Positions 9,461-20,153 of a DNA stretch of 64,000 bases are shown here, piece by piece (position 1 is the stretch's first letter; each line of letters begins with the position of its first letter). The stretch is taken from NCBI GenBank assembly GCA_014803525.1, contig JAAVBP010000006.1, positions 5,430 to 69,429 on the forward strand. Reading direction: 5' to 3'. A program made the translations under genes and the position numbers. Source of the stretch: a bacterium. Its GTDB lineage: Bacteria; Pseudomonadota; Alphaproteobacteria; Rs-D84. The notes under the pieces were generated by a model that ran no database searches, had not been told where the DNA came from, and worked only from the letters and a program-made list of their open reading frames with translations.

Positions 9461-11415
9461 TTCAAATGTGCCTTTAATGCCGTATACACATGACCCAAAT
9501 CAGTTTTAATCAGTGTAGCTAGCAATTGTTCAGCATTATCCGCCTGGCGGGCACCGGCAATCACCTTATCAAAGCTGCGAACAAACTGCGTTGCCTGGGA
9601 ACGAAATACCGCATCTGATTTCAGCATATCGCGCACACGCTTCTTATCCGCCGCCACCATCATTTTCGCCAACCATTTCGAAAAAATGGTTTTATCCCCC
9701 GCATGATACTTTTTCCACACAACATCCGGAATATCCGCGCCCGTTGCACGCGTCAAATCAATTGCCTGTTCGTGCATTTTATCAAAGGCCTTTTCTGTCT
9801 GTTGCAAAAAATCTTTGCTGCTAATTGCACCAAAGGATTCTGTCGGCGCCGCCTTGATTGCATCCATCGGGGCCGAAGCACGTGCAACCATCATTTGCTT
9901 GTTCAATGTCTGCATGGTATTGACCGCCTTGGCATAATCAGACATTAAATCTATCATTTGCTGACGCGATTGTCCGGCCAGATCTTCCAACTTAATCGAA
10001 GAATCCGCTATTGTATCCATTGATTCCGCAACAGTATTGCGCATCAATGTTATTTTTTCATCCAAACTGGCAACGATTTTTTCCAGATTCGCACTGGTCT
10101 CGGCCGAATCACGCGACAAATCGGGCAGGGCCGCATAATACTTTTCTATCAATTCCGACAGCGGCTGCAACTGGGCCGTTGTTTCTGCAGACATCTTTAT
10201 AAGCCCCGCAGATTGCCCCGACAATTGTGTATGCGCAGTGTTCATTTCAATCAGTGTTTCGCGAACCCCCGTCGCCATTGCCCGCACCGATTCCGAGAAT
10301 GCACCGGCCGCAGTTTTTGTATTTTCAAGCGTTACATTTGCAACACCCGACACAGCTTTCAATTCTGATACGACACCTGTCGCAAACTCTTTTATTTCAC
10401 CATTAAACCGATTGGTTAGTGTGGCCAGTTCTGTCGATATGCCTTGGACTGAATTTTCCGTTACCGTCGCCGATGACATTAATGCCTCAACCGCATCGGT
10501 CAATTTGCGCAACTGTTTGTCAATCGATGCCTCGGCCAGACGCACCTGGCCCCCAACAACGTTTGCGGTATTGGTCAGAGTATTCATTTGTGCGGTCAAT
10601 TGTTTTTTCGACTGCTTGCCAAACGTATCCATCTTGGATAAATGCTCGCCAATTAGCGCATTGTTATTGGACATGGTGGATTCATACTCTGCCGCGGCGG
10701 ACTTTACAGCCGAAAAACCATCCGCCACAGATTGATTTAATTCTGTCAAAGCATTACGTATCTCCACCGACTTGTCAGATATATTTTGCATCTGGTTGGC
10801 ATTCTTATCAAATTCCGCCGACAAGTGTTCCGACAATTCGCGTCCCGACTCAACCCATCCATCGATCTGGGATTGAATATTCGAAACACGCTCAATAGTC
10901 GTTGCCGTCGTTTCATCTATACGTCCCAACATTTCGCCAACCACACCCGTAAACTGTGATGCGGCCTTATCAACCCCGGCCCATGATTCCGACTCCACAA
11001 TTTGCTTTAAGCCACCAACTGTGTTATCCAGTCGTTGTGACATTTGGGCGATCTTTTTTGTAGCATCGTCCGCCAGGGTCACCAATTGCTCGTTTTTTAA
11101 CTCTAGTTCTTCGCGTAATTTATTGGCGGCCGCAATTTGCCCATTCATGGTATCCGCCATTGTTTTAAAAGATCCCTCTATCTTGGATATTTCATCCGCC
11201 AGCATCACCTGTAAAACACGGGCGGCATCATGAACCTTGGCACGTTCCGGCCGCGTCATTAACTGCAGCAAAGACTGCATAACCTGTTGAGAACGTCGCG
11301 ACACAAAAAACAATCCACCCAACGCCAAAACCAACAATACACCCAATCCACACCCGGTAATCGCCAAAATCTGTATAAGTTTATTGGCAATCAATATGCT
11401 GTGATCCATTTCCAT
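9457..11415 (-). CDS. Membrane-anchored coiled-coil protein, TipN/GPR-like polar scaffold
   Basis: N-terminal TM helix, about 500 aa of apolipoprotein-like helical repeats, C-terminal VWKKYHAGDKTIFSKWL...FRSQATQFVRSFD...TDLGHVYTAL domain. Confidence 0.6.
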   Translation of the reverse strand: MEMDHSILIANKLIQILAITGCGLGVLLVLALGGLFFVSRRSQQVMQSLLQLMTRPERAKVHDAARVLQVMLADEISKIEGSFKTMADTMNGQIAAANKLREELELKNEQLVTLADDATKKIAQMSQRLDNTVGGLKQIVESESWAGVDKAASQFTGVVGEMLGRIDETTATTIERVSNIQSQIDGWVESGRELSEHLSAEFDKNANQMQNISDKSVEIRNALTELNQSVADGFSAVKSAAAEYESTMSNNNALIGEHLSKMDTFGKQSKKQLTAQMNTLTNTANVVGGQVRLAEASIDKQLRKLTDAVEALMSSATVTENSVQGISTELATLTNRFNGEIKEFATGVVSELKAVSGVANVTLENTKTAAGAFSESVRAMATGVRETLIEMNTAHTQLSGQSAGLIKMSAETTAQLQPLSELIEKYYAALPDLSRDSAETSANLEKIVASLDEKITLMRNTVAESMDTIADSSIKLEDLAGQSRQQMIDLMSDYAKAVNTMQTLNKQMMVARASAPMDAIKAAPTESFGAISSKDFLQQTEKAFDKMHEQAIDLTRATGADIPDVVWKKYHAGDKTIFSKWLAKMMVAADKKRVRDMLKSDAVFRSQATQFVRSFDKVIAGARQADNAEQLLATLIKTDLGHVYTALKAHLN

Positions 11416-11499
11416 CCCTGTACTCTCCACTATGCCTATATCGTTGTTGAAGTTATATGAAATATATACTAGAATATAAAACGTAAAGCAAGGGTATAA

Positions 11500-14097
11500 A
11501 TGGGACAAAAACGAACTCTTTCACCAGAACAAAATTTGGCCGCAGATCCATCTGAAAACATCTGGGTCCAGGCCAACGCCGGAACCGGAAAAACCAGCGT
11601 TCTGGTACAGCGTCTGCTGCGAATTCTATTTCGCACCCAAACGGATACGGGAATATTATGCCTAACATATACCAATGCCGCGGCGGGCGAAATGCGCAAT
11701 CGCATATTGCAAATGTTGCGTGGTTGGGCAATGGCATCAGACGAAGAATTGCGGGACATGCTGAACGGGATTGCGTTAAATCAGAATATATCCAATAATG
11801 ACATTCAGCACGCACGGGATATCTTTTTCCATTATATCGACAACCCGGATGTATTAAAGATAAAAACCATACACGGCTTTTGCGAGGAGATATTACATCG
11901 CTTTCCATTAGAGGCAGGCATAACACCCGCATGGACGCTGATCTCAGACGCAAATCAAAAGGTGTTACTGCAAGAAGCATTTGATAAAATGATAATGTCT
12001 GCAAATCTGGACCAACGTACATCCGATGCATTTACACATATAATCAATCGCGTCTCGGAATATTATATGCCAGATTTATTAAAAGAACTAACGGGACAAT
12101 ACAAAGCATTTTTTGACATAGAAAATATTGATAAATACAGAAAATATTTTATTGATACGACGCAAAGTTTTTTAAATTTACACCAAAGCAAAATGTTGAA
12201 TACAGATGCGGACGCACTGCAAAAAATCATAGAAAATGCTAAATCAGAGCAAAATTCACGAAAAAACCCGGCAAAATACCTGGACGAAATTATAACAAAA
12301 ACAAAATTATATATTGATAAATCTATAGATTTTGAAGAATACAAGTTTGCATACCTGACACAAAATTTAGAACCCAAAAAGGATATCGCAAAGAAAGATT
12401 ATCTGTCACAAGAACAGGAACGAGTATATTTACAGGCCCAAGCCCTGGTCAACAGGCAAATATACGAAGACAGTATCGCGTTTTTTGATTTGTCAGCCGC
12501 TTTTTTTAATTCGTATTCTGCATTAAAAAAGACGCATAACGCATTGGATTTTGACGATTTAATTTTATATACAAAACGTTTGTTCTCAAAACCAGACACA
12601 ATGGGATGGGTATTGTCCCAATTGGACTTATCCCTTAATCACATTCTTGTTGACGAAGCCCAAGATACCAGCCCCCAACAATGGGATATTCTAAGGATGA
12701 TGACAGGCGAATTCTTTACCGATGGTGACACCACCGCAAATCAGCATTCCATATTTGTCGTCGGCGACAGCAAACAATCCATATACGGATTCCAAGGTGC
12801 CGATCCAAACGCATTTGCCAGCAGCCGCAACCAAATAGCCACCCAGATACAAACAAACCTTCGCACAATACGAGAAGTGCCACTGGCGCAAAGTTTTCGT
12901 TCTGCATCGCCAATATTAGAAACTGTAGATAATTTCTTTGAGAACCAGGAAATTATCAATATATCAAACTTTTGTAACAGCCACCATAAATGCTTTCGTC
13001 AGAATGCGCACGGATTGGTTGAAATATATCCAGCTATATCAAAAAAAGAAACAAACCAAACAACCAATGATTACATCCGTATTATTGCAGACAAAATAAA
13101 GACTATTATCGAAGAAGGCATCTATTCAGCCAGCGACATAATGGTTTTAGTACAAAAACGCAAACCTTTTGCGGCACAATTGGTTTCAGAATTAAAAAAA
13201 CGCAGCATTGACGTTGCGGGCAGCGACAGAGTTATTCTGCCGGATTTTCCGGCCATCCGGGATTTGTTAAATCTGGTCAGATTCTGTATCAACCAGTCAG
13301 ATGACTACAGTTTATGCTGCGTATTAAAAAGCCCATTATACAGATTGACAGAAGCCGATATTTTTAATCTGTGCAAAATGCGCACAACCGCATCAAAATC
13401 TGATAATGAAACATCTGTATTTAATGCACTGCGATCAATTCGCCCCGATATTTACACAAACCTTAGTGCCATAATTGAATGGGCCGCCGATTTGGGACCA
13501 TATTCGTTTTTTACAAAAATCCTGGCACAGAATAATTCACGCAAAAAAATAATCGCAGCACTGGGTGAACAAGTGATCGACCCGTTAGAAGAATTTTTAA
13601 CAATATGCCTGGCATACGAAAGAACTCAGCCCGGAACAATGCGCCACTTTTTAAAATGGTTCATAACCGGCGACAGCGAAATAAAACGCGATATGGACAA
13701 AAACAATGGAGTGCGCGTTGTTACCGTTCACGGCAGTAAGGGATTAGAGGCACCAGTTGTATTTTTAATCGATACAACATCCATTCCAGAAACAGATAAA
13801 TTTTTAAAAATTCAACAAAGCGCATTACAAAACAACATGCCACCACCATGGATATGGATGCCCCGACGCGCCCCATCCGCACAATGCGACATCGCCATCG
13901 CCACAGATATGCGCGATAAGATTTCTGAATATTACAGATTATTGTACGTGGCAATGACTCGCGCCCGCGACAGATTATATATATACGGATATACATCAAA
14001 CAAAGCACCGCATATAGATTCGTGGCACGCGCGCCTGTGGAATGTTTTTTCCACCAACGACAGCCCACAACCCATAAGGATTACAAATGACCAATAA
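11500..14097 (+). CDS. addA: UvrD-family helicase, AddA helicase moiety (no nuclease domain)
   Basis: ANAGTGKT, LTYTNAAAGEM, TIHGFC, LVDEAQDTS, VGDSKQSIYGFQGA, TVHGSKGLE, RLLYVAMTRARDRL. Confidence 0.88.
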   Translation: MGQKRTLSPEQNLAADPSENIWVQANAGTGKTSVLVQRLLRILFRTQTDTGILCLTYTNAAAGEMRNRILQMLRGWAMASDEELRDMLNGIALNQNISNNDIQHARDIFFHYIDNPDVLKIKTIHGFCEEILHRFPLEAGITPAWTLISDANQKVLLQEAFDKMIMSANLDQRTSDAFTHIINRVSEYYMPDLLKELTGQYKAFFDIENIDKYRKYFIDTTQSFLNLHQSKMLNTDADALQKIIENAKSEQNSRKNPAKYLDEIITKTKLYIDKSIDFEEYKFAYLTQNLEPKKDIAKKDYLSQEQERVYLQAQALVNRQIYEDSIAFFDLSAAFFNSYSALKKTHNALDFDDLILYTKRLFSKPDTMGWVLSQLDLSLNHILVDEAQDTSPQQWDILRMMTGEFFTDGDTTANQHSIFVVGDSKQSIYGFQGADPNAFASSRNQIATQIQTNLRTIREVPLAQSFRSASPILETVDNFFENQEIINISNFCNSHHKCFRQNAHGLVEIYPAISKKETNQTTNDYIRIIADKIKTIIEEGIYSASDIMVLVQKRKPFAAQLVSELKKRSIDVAGSDRVILPDFPAIRDLLNLVRFCINQSDDYSLCCVLKSPLYRLTEADIFNLCKMRTTASKSDNETSVFNALRSIRPDIYTNLSAIIEWAADLGPYSFFTKILAQNNSRKKIIAALGEQVIDPLEEFLTICLAYERTQPGTMRHFLKWFITGDSEIKRDMDKNNGVRVVTVHGSKGLEAPVVFLIDTTSIPETDKFLKIQQSALQNNMPPPWIWMPRRAPSAQCDIAIATDMRDKISEYYRLLYVAMTRARDRLYIYGYTSNKAPHIDSWHARLWNVFSTNDSPQPIRITNDQ

Positions 14098-14506
14098 AAT
14101 TGCCGAACTAATACAATCGCGCCGCGCCCAACGACATGCCACAGATACCGGCACACGCGTACACGCAAAGTTACAGCACGCAACACGTGATACAATTGCA
14201 CCATATATAAAAAACTGCCCAAGGTTAGAGAAATATTTTATCCCAAATGCCAGAACAGAAGTTCCGATTGCAGGATTTATCGGTGACAAGTTTATCAGTC
14301 GCCGCATCGACAGAATGATTGTCGACAATGATACAAAAAAAATTCTTATATTGGATTATAAAACCGACATTAATCGCAATACTCATCGTCCAAAATACAT
14401 ATGCCAGTTACGCGAATATCGCAAATTGATCCAGATGATATATCCGGATTTTGACATTGAAACATCTATTTTGTGGACGCACGATTGGACATTGGAAAAA
14501 ATCTAA
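14087..14506 (+). CDS. Stand-alone RecB-family PD-(D/E)XK nuclease (AddA C-terminal domain)
   Basis: GTRVHAKLQ, EVPIAG, RIDRM, LDYKTD and QLREY motifs. Own AAGGA SD. Overlaps the helicase ORF by 11 nt. Confidence 0.85.
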   Translation: MTNKIAELIQSRRAQRHATDTGTRVHAKLQHATRDTIAPYIKNCPRLEKYFIPNARTEVPIAGFIGDKFISRRIDRMIVDNDTKKILILDYKTDINRNTHRPKYICQLREYRKLIQMIYPDFDIETSILWTHDWTLEKI

Positions 14507-14549
14507 AAAAAGCTTGAAGACACAACGGCACAACAGATATAATAATCGC

Positions 14550-16205
14550 ATGTTAACACGTTTAAGCATTTCAAATATCGTATTGATTGAACACCTGGAT
14601 TTGGATTTCGGCGCCGGGTTAAACATCTTAACAGGAGAAACAGGCGCGGGCAAAAGTATATTGATGGATTCGCTGGCGTTGGCACTGGGTGCCCGCAGTG
14701 ATGCCGCCCTGGTGCGCAGCGGCGCAGTTTCTGCTGCTGTTGTTGCAGAATTTGACAACGCACCGCGCGCGGCACGCACCATATTAGACGACGCCGGCAT
14801 AGAATTAGACGACGACACGTTAATTCTGCGCCGCACATTAAACGCCGACGGGAAAAGTCGCGCATGGATAAACGACAATCCTGTTTCAATAAAAACACTA
14901 AAAGCGGTCGGAGATGCATTGGTTGAAATTCACGGCCAGTTTGCCAACCATGCATTATTGGACGGTACAACACACTTAGGCGCATTGGACGACTTTGCCA
15001 CACGCAACACCCCGACATTTACAGACCTAGCCGCAAGAACACGTACCGCATATACCGAGTATCACACGGCAGAAAAACGCATGCGCGAACTGACCGATAT
15101 GCTGGAACGCGCGGCGGCCGAACGCGAATTTTTGGAACATAATGTCGCAGAATTAAGCACACTAAATGTTCAGCTTGGCGAGGAAGAAGATCTGGCCACA
15201 CAACGTATTGCGATGATGAACGCAGAAAAAGATGCCGCGATTTTATCTGATGCAAATGCGGCACTGAACGCCCGTGGCAACAGTTTGGATGCCCAAGTCT
15301 TTTCGGTCGCCCACATTTTGGAACACATAAAAACAGATCCTAATCCATATCAAGAACAGATTGATAAATTGTATGAGGTCGCGGAAACACTGTCGGACAT
15401 ATCGGCCGCATTGGCGCCGCATGATATGGACATCAGCGATCTGGAATCAATCGAAGAACGCCTGTTCGCAATTCGCGCCGCCGCGCGCAAGCATCGCGTA
15501 TCTGCGGATGAATTACCCGAAAAACTGGAACAAATGTCGGCACAATTAGCCATAATTGACAATTCAGATACAGAATTACAAAAGGTTAAAAATACATTAG
15601 TATCCGCGCGCACAACATTTGAAAAGTACGCGGCCGACTTGCACACCGCGCGCGTGACTGCGGCCGAAAAACTGCGTACACAAATACTGGCTGAACTGCC
15701 AGAACTAAAACTGGGGCAGGCGGATTTTATAGCAGACATCACAACCGGCGACGCATCCGCCACCGGTATGGACAACGTCACATTTATGATTAAAACAAAT
15801 CCTGGCATGCCGTTCGGTGCGTTACACAAAACCGCATCTGGCGGCGAATTAGCCCGTTTTATGCTGGCGCTTCGTGTTGTACTGGCCGGCGAAAACGATG
15901 CACTGACATTCGTATTTGATGAAATCGACACAGGTATCAGTGGCGCCACCGCCAGCGCGGTCGGCAGCCGCCTGCATCGTTTGGCGCTATCTGCCCAGGC
16001 ATTGGTTATTACACATTCTGCCCAGGTTGCAGGCTATGCTGACAAGCACTTTAAAATCAGCAAAAGCGTTGCAAACAATGTCACAACCACCAGTGTATGC
16101 GAAATATCGGATGCAGACCGCCTAAACGAAATTGCACGCATAATCAGCGGTGCAGAAATAACACCGGAATCATTAACAATGGCGCGCACATTAATGCACA
16201 ATTAA
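14550..16205 (+). CDS. recN: DNA repair protein RecN
   Basis: LTGETGAGKS, IHGQ, ASGGELARFMLAL, FDEIDTGISG, ITHSAQVA. Confidence 0.96.
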   Translation: MLTRLSISNIVLIEHLDLDFGAGLNILTGETGAGKSILMDSLALALGARSDAALVRSGAVSAAVVAEFDNAPRAARTILDDAGIELDDDTLILRRTLNADGKSRAWINDNPVSIKTLKAVGDALVEIHGQFANHALLDGTTHLGALDDFATRNTPTFTDLAARTRTAYTEYHTAEKRMRELTDMLERAAAEREFLEHNVAELSTLNVQLGEEEDLATQRIAMMNAEKDAAILSDANAALNARGNSLDAQVFSVAHILEHIKTDPNPYQEQIDKLYEVAETLSDISAALAPHDMDISDLESIEERLFAIRAAARKHRVSADELPEKLEQMSAQLAIIDNSDTELQKVKNTLVSARTTFEKYAADLHTARVTAAEKLRTQILAELPELKLGQADFIADITTGDASATGMDNVTFMIKTNPGMPFGALHKTASGGELARFMLALRVVLAGENDALTFVFDEIDTGISGATASAVGSRLHRLALSAQALVITHSAQVAGYADKHFKISKSVANNVTTTSVCEISDADRLNEIARIISGAEITPESLTMARTLMHN

Positions 16206-16230
16206 AAAAACGCCTATCGGGCGTTTTTTT
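16204..16230. terminator. Bidirectional terminator between recN and xseA
   Basis: A7-cgcc-tatcg-ggcg-T7. Confidence 0.75.
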
Positions 16231-17464
16231 ATACACCAATCACACCATCTGCGAATTCTATTGTCGCGGGTGCGGCGGATGTTGTGGCACTGCTGATAAT
16301 ATCGCCGTCTGAATCACGAACAATCGCGTATCCGCGACTAAGCACGCTTTTATAACTAAGCGAATTTAACATCTGGCCCATGTGAGAAACAGCCTGATTC
16401 AATGCCGCCATACTGTTTTGTAATACATTAGGAAATGTACGCATCATCTCCATTTTTTGATTTGCCGAATTTATTTTGGCCGACATTATTATATCCATAC
16501 TGCGTCCCAGGTCATCCAGACGCTGAGTTCGTTCCATAACCATCTGGCGCGGACTTTTAATCGAAATTGCGTCCAAACGCCCGCGCGCATTGGTTAAACG
16601 CGTTGTAAAATTAGTCGACATACGATGCCACAGATTATCCAAATCCTGGATCAATGACAGTTTGGTTGGCACAACAGTTTCTGCCGCACCGGTTGGCGTT
16701 GGCGCCCGAAAATCCGCCGCAAAATCAATCAACATCCAATCTGGTTCATGCCCAACACCGGATATCAACGGAATATGACTGGCCGCCGCCGCACGCACAA
16801 CAACTTCTTCGGAAAAGGGCAGTAAATCTTCCAATGCACCACCACCGCGCGCGACAATAATTACATCAACATTGTTCATGCGATTAAAGTATTCAATGCC
16901 GGCCGCAACCTCGGCCGCCGCAGTTGCACCCTGAACCGTTGCCGGATATAAAATAACATGCACCGGGAAACGTTCACGCAGACGATTTTGAATATCCTGG
17001 AATGCGGCACCGGTTGGACTGGTCACAACACCAACGCGCCGTGGCAAGCGTGGTAACGGCTTTTTCCGCGATGCATCAAACAGTCCCTCGGCCGCCAGTT
17101 TACGCTTGCGCTCTTCTAACATTTTTAAGATAGCGCCAGCGCCAGCCATCTCAATTTCACTTACTACAATCTGATAATTACTGCGCGCCGGGTATGTTGT
17201 AAAACGACCGGTAACAATAACCTCTAACCCATCTTCCAGCCTAAAATTCACCGGGGTACCGCGCCAAATAATAACAGATATCGCGGCGCCTGCATCCTTT
17301 ATCGTCATATACATATGTCCAGATGTGGCGCGCGTTATCTGCGACAATTCACCACGAATGCGAATACGTGGAAATGCGGTTTCTACAACACCCTTTAATA
17401 GCGCCGATGCATCAGTGACACTAAATACCGTATCTGGACTTACAAATGGTTCTGGCTTTTGCAT
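16229..17464 (-). CDS. xseA: Exodeoxyribonuclease VII large subunit
   Basis: SGHMY, VVTSPTGAA, ARGGG, SGVGHEPD, RAPTPTGAAE. Confidence 0.95.
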   Translation of the reverse strand: MQKPEPFVSPDTVFSVTDASALLKGVVETAFPRIRIRGELSQITRATSGHMYMTIKDAGAAISVIIWRGTPVNFRLEDGLEVIVTGRFTTYPARSNYQIVVSEIEMAGAGAILKMLEERKRKLAAEGLFDASRKKPLPRLPRRVGVVTSPTGAAFQDIQNRLRERFPVHVILYPATVQGATAAAEVAAGIEYFNRMNNVDVIIVARGGGALEDLLPFSEEVVVRAAAASHIPLISGVGHEPDWMLIDFAADFRAPTPTGAAETVVPTKLSLIQDLDNLWHRMSTNFTTRLTNARGRLDAISIKSPRQMVMERTQRLDDLGRSMDIIMSAKINSANQKMEMMRTFPNVLQNSMAALNQAVSHMGQMLNSLSYKSVLSRGYAIVRDSDGDIISSATTSAAPATIEFADGVIGV

Positions 17465-17467
17465 AAT

Positions 17468-17974
17468 TTAATCTTTCTCTATATTCTTTATCGCCTGCAT
17501 AAAATCTAATCCGGCCGCGTTTAAAAATCGTGTTATGGTATTCTTGGCGTCATAATCCATCTGGACCGGCCGTCCCAAATCATATGGAATATCCAATCCA
17601 TTATATGCATATTGATCAAATGTTAAGTCAAATATCGTATCACTTGGTGCATGCAAAATAAAAAAGTGCGGACCATACGTCCATATTTTATCTATGTACA
17701 TCAATTTCCAGTCAGAATTATTCATAATCGCCAGGAATGAAAAACTTGATGCGCGACAAAATCCATATGACGGATATGGAAACTTTTTATAATTATACCC
17801 AATCTCTGAATAAAAGGTATCATGCTGTACACGTCCCAATTTAAAACTGTCGCGAAATAACAGCGTCAAATTCTTTGCCTGCAAGCGTTCCCGCAGTGGC
17901 AAGTTCATACTCTCCAGCTTGCGCAACAGGCCCTGGGTAGCATTTTCATAGGCATTAAGGTTTTCTTTTTTCAT
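17468..17974 (-). CDS. Hypothetical protein with putative Cys-His-Asp (transglutaminase/papain-like) triad
   Basis: GFCRASS...GPHFF...IFDLTFDQY. Consensus leaderless promoter TTGAAA-17-TATAAT-7-ATG. Confidence 0.6.
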   Translation of the reverse strand: MKKENLNAYENATQGLLRKLESMNLPLRERLQAKNLTLLFRDSFKLGRVQHDTFYSEIGYNYKKFPYPSYGFCRASSFSFLAIMNNSDWKLMYIDKIWTYGPHFFILHAPSDTIFDLTFDQYAYNGLDIPYDLGRPVQMDYDAKNTITRFLNAAGLDFMQAIKNIEKD

Positions 17975-17995
17975 ACCGTGTATTATACCACAAGA

Positions 17996-19129
17996 TTATG
18001 TTCGTTTCAATTCTGTCAGTGGCCAGCGCGGACGGGGCGCAATTGGTTCTGTTACAACATTGCCTTCGCGATAATTTTCAATTCCCGCCCATGCAATCAT
18101 TGCACCATTATCCGTACACAGATTCATCGGCGGGGCCGCAAATGTCATATTGTGCGAGGCCGCTAATTCCTCCATCGCTGTGCGGATTGCGCTGTTTTTA
18201 GCAACGCCGCCGGCCACAACCAACGTCTGTGGCGACGCGGCACGCACACGCGCGTCACGCATCGCATGTTCCAGACGGTTTGTTATACAATCTACAACCG
18301 ATGCCTGGAACGAAGCACAGAAATCATTTATAAACGTATCTGAATAGGGCACATCAACACGTGATAAAAATGTACGCGCCGCTGTCTTTATACCACTGAA
18401 CGAAAAATCACACCCAGGCTTGTCACACAGTGGCCGAGGGAAATTAAACACATGCGGATTGCCATTTTTGGCCCGCGCATCCACCACCGGACCACCCGGA
18501 TAGTCCAAACCCAACATCTTGGCAACTTTGTCAAAAGCCTCGCCCGCACTGTCGTCCAGCGTTTGTCCAATCAATTCATAATCACCAACACCACGAACCA
18601 GTAATATCTGGCAATGTCCACCAGACGCCAGCATCAATAAATAAGGAAAGGGCACACCGGACGCTAAATCCGATCCATCAGCCGCCGCAGCATGCAGGCG
18701 CGGAACAAGTGCATGGCCCTCCAGATGATTTACAGCAACCAATGGTTTGCCCGCGCTCTGCGCGATGCCGGTCGCCGCCAACCAACCAACCAACACCCCG
18801 CCAATTAATCCCGGCCCAGCCGTTGCCGCAACAACATCAATATCATCAATTGTTTTGCCGGCCGCCGACAATGTCTGCGCAATCACCATATCAATCGCCA
18901 ATATATGCGCGCGTGCCGCCAATTCCGGCACAACGCCACCATATTTCTGATGCTCTGGAATTTGTGAATATATTATATGCGCCAACACATTTCGATTTGA
19001 ATCCACAATGGCCGCCGACGTTTCATCGCACGAAGATTCAATCCCCAGGCACAATATACCATCATCCGTCACCACGTCACCACGCAGCGCCCCCATATCC
19101 ATTTTTATAAGCGTTTCTTTATCATTCAT
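17996..19129 (-). CDS. tsaD: tRNA N6-adenosine threonylcarbamoyltransferase
   Basis: GIESSCDET, GGVVPELAARAH, NHLEGH, SGGH, GEAFDK, CTDNGAMIAW. Confidence 0.96.
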   Translation of the reverse strand: MNDKETLIKMDMGALRGDVVTDDGILCLGIESSCDETSAAIVDSNRNVLAHIIYSQIPEHQKYGGVVPELAARAHILAIDMVIAQTLSAAGKTIDDIDVVAATAGPGLIGGVLVGWLAATGIAQSAGKPLVAVNHLEGHALVPRLHAAAADGSDLASGVPFPYLLMLASGGHCQILLVRGVGDYELIGQTLDDSAGEAFDKVAKMLGLDYPGGPVVDARAKNGNPHVFNFPRPLCDKPGCDFSFSGIKTAARTFLSRVDVPYSDTFINDFCASFQASVVDCITNRLEHAMRDARVRAASPQTLVVAGGVAKNSAIRTAMEELAASHNMTFAAPPMNLCTDNGAMIAWAGIENYREGNVVTEPIAPRPRWPLTELKRT

Positions 19130-19818
19130 TTTATCTTCACCAACGATATACCGATATTATTCTTCATCTTTTTGCGCATTTCAAGATATTGTGTAAAGCT
19201 GTCATCAACAACACCACGCCCCGTTGACGCATGCCGCAGCACATGACCGCCCGGCAATAAGAACCCCATATGTACAACCGCAATATCTGTTGCCATTTTT
19301 TTATCATCACGCGGCGCGACAATAAACAAAACAATCAGCGGATCTTTATTTTTTATCGAATCTATATTTTCGTATGCAATATATTCAATCGATACATCAG
19401 CCGGCGCCGTATCTATATCCATGCCGTGTGAAACTCGCGCCCACGCACGTTTATCAATGCGTACAAACCGCATAGATGTTGTGCCATATTCACTACTAAC
19501 ATTTTGGACCAGCGTCGCATTATTTTGCAACCAATCCGTCTCAATAAAATGATTACGCATACGCCAATCGACACGTCCGTCGGCATATCTGATTTTTGTT
19601 AATTTATTTTCATCGCCGCCCGCTAAAACCGTTTCCACAAACGTCGTACAATCAAACGCATCAAAACGAATCAAAGGATCCGGATCATAGCCGGACGCTT
19701 CCCCCAATGGATCTAATATGTATTTTGCACCCAGATATTCATCCCCAATATTATATGCACGGGGCGCATTAAAAACGCACCCCGCCATAAAAAACGAAAA
19801 CACCAACCGTTTAAACAA
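19126..19818 (-). CDS. DUF1460 family peptidoglycan amidase (NlpC/P60-like), secreted
   Basis: FDCTTFVETVLA, RNHFIETDWL, HMGF and LRHAS motifs. N-terminal signal peptide. Confidence 0.8.
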   Translation of the reverse strand: MFKRLVFSFFMAGCVFNAPRAYNIGDEYLGAKYILDPLGEASGYDPDPLIRFDAFDCTTFVETVLAGGDENKLTKIRYADGRVDWRMRNHFIETDWLQNNATLVQNVSSEYGTTSMRFVRIDKRAWARVSHGMDIDTAPADVSIEYIAYENIDSIKNKDPLIVLFIVAPRDDKKMATDIAVVHMGFLLPGGHVLRHASTGRGVVDDSFTQYLEMRKKMKNNIGISLVKIK

Positions 19819-19820
19819 TT

Positions 19821-20129
19821 TTATAAATTATCCTTCATCTGGATTCCAGTATAACACAATGACGCCGCATCACGCACCGCCATTTCGCCAGAATCTGGCA
19901 ACGTCGCGATTTTATCAATACATTGAACCACCAATTCTGCGTTGTCATCCGTTCCCGTTAATATTTTTGCCGCCGCAATTCGACGTTCCAATGGTGCCGC
20001 CGGCCACTTTTTTAATGTCACAGATTCCAGGTTTTCTGAACGCTGACTGGTTGTTATAAAAATCACAAACACCAAAATCAGTGCCGCAATTCCAATAAAT
20101 ATTTTCAAATATTTTTTTATAAAGCGCAT
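19821..20129 (-). CDS. Small membrane-anchored hypothetical protein
   Basis: AGGAGGAG SD, N-terminal TM helix, two Cys. Confidence 0.7.
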   Translation of the reverse strand: MRFIKKYLKIFIGIAALILVFVIFITTSQRSENLESVTLKKWPAAPLERRIAAAKILTGTDDNAELVVQCIDKIATLPDSGEMAVRDAASLCYTGIQMKDNL

Positions 20130-20153
20130 ATTCTCCTCCTGTTTTAAAATATA

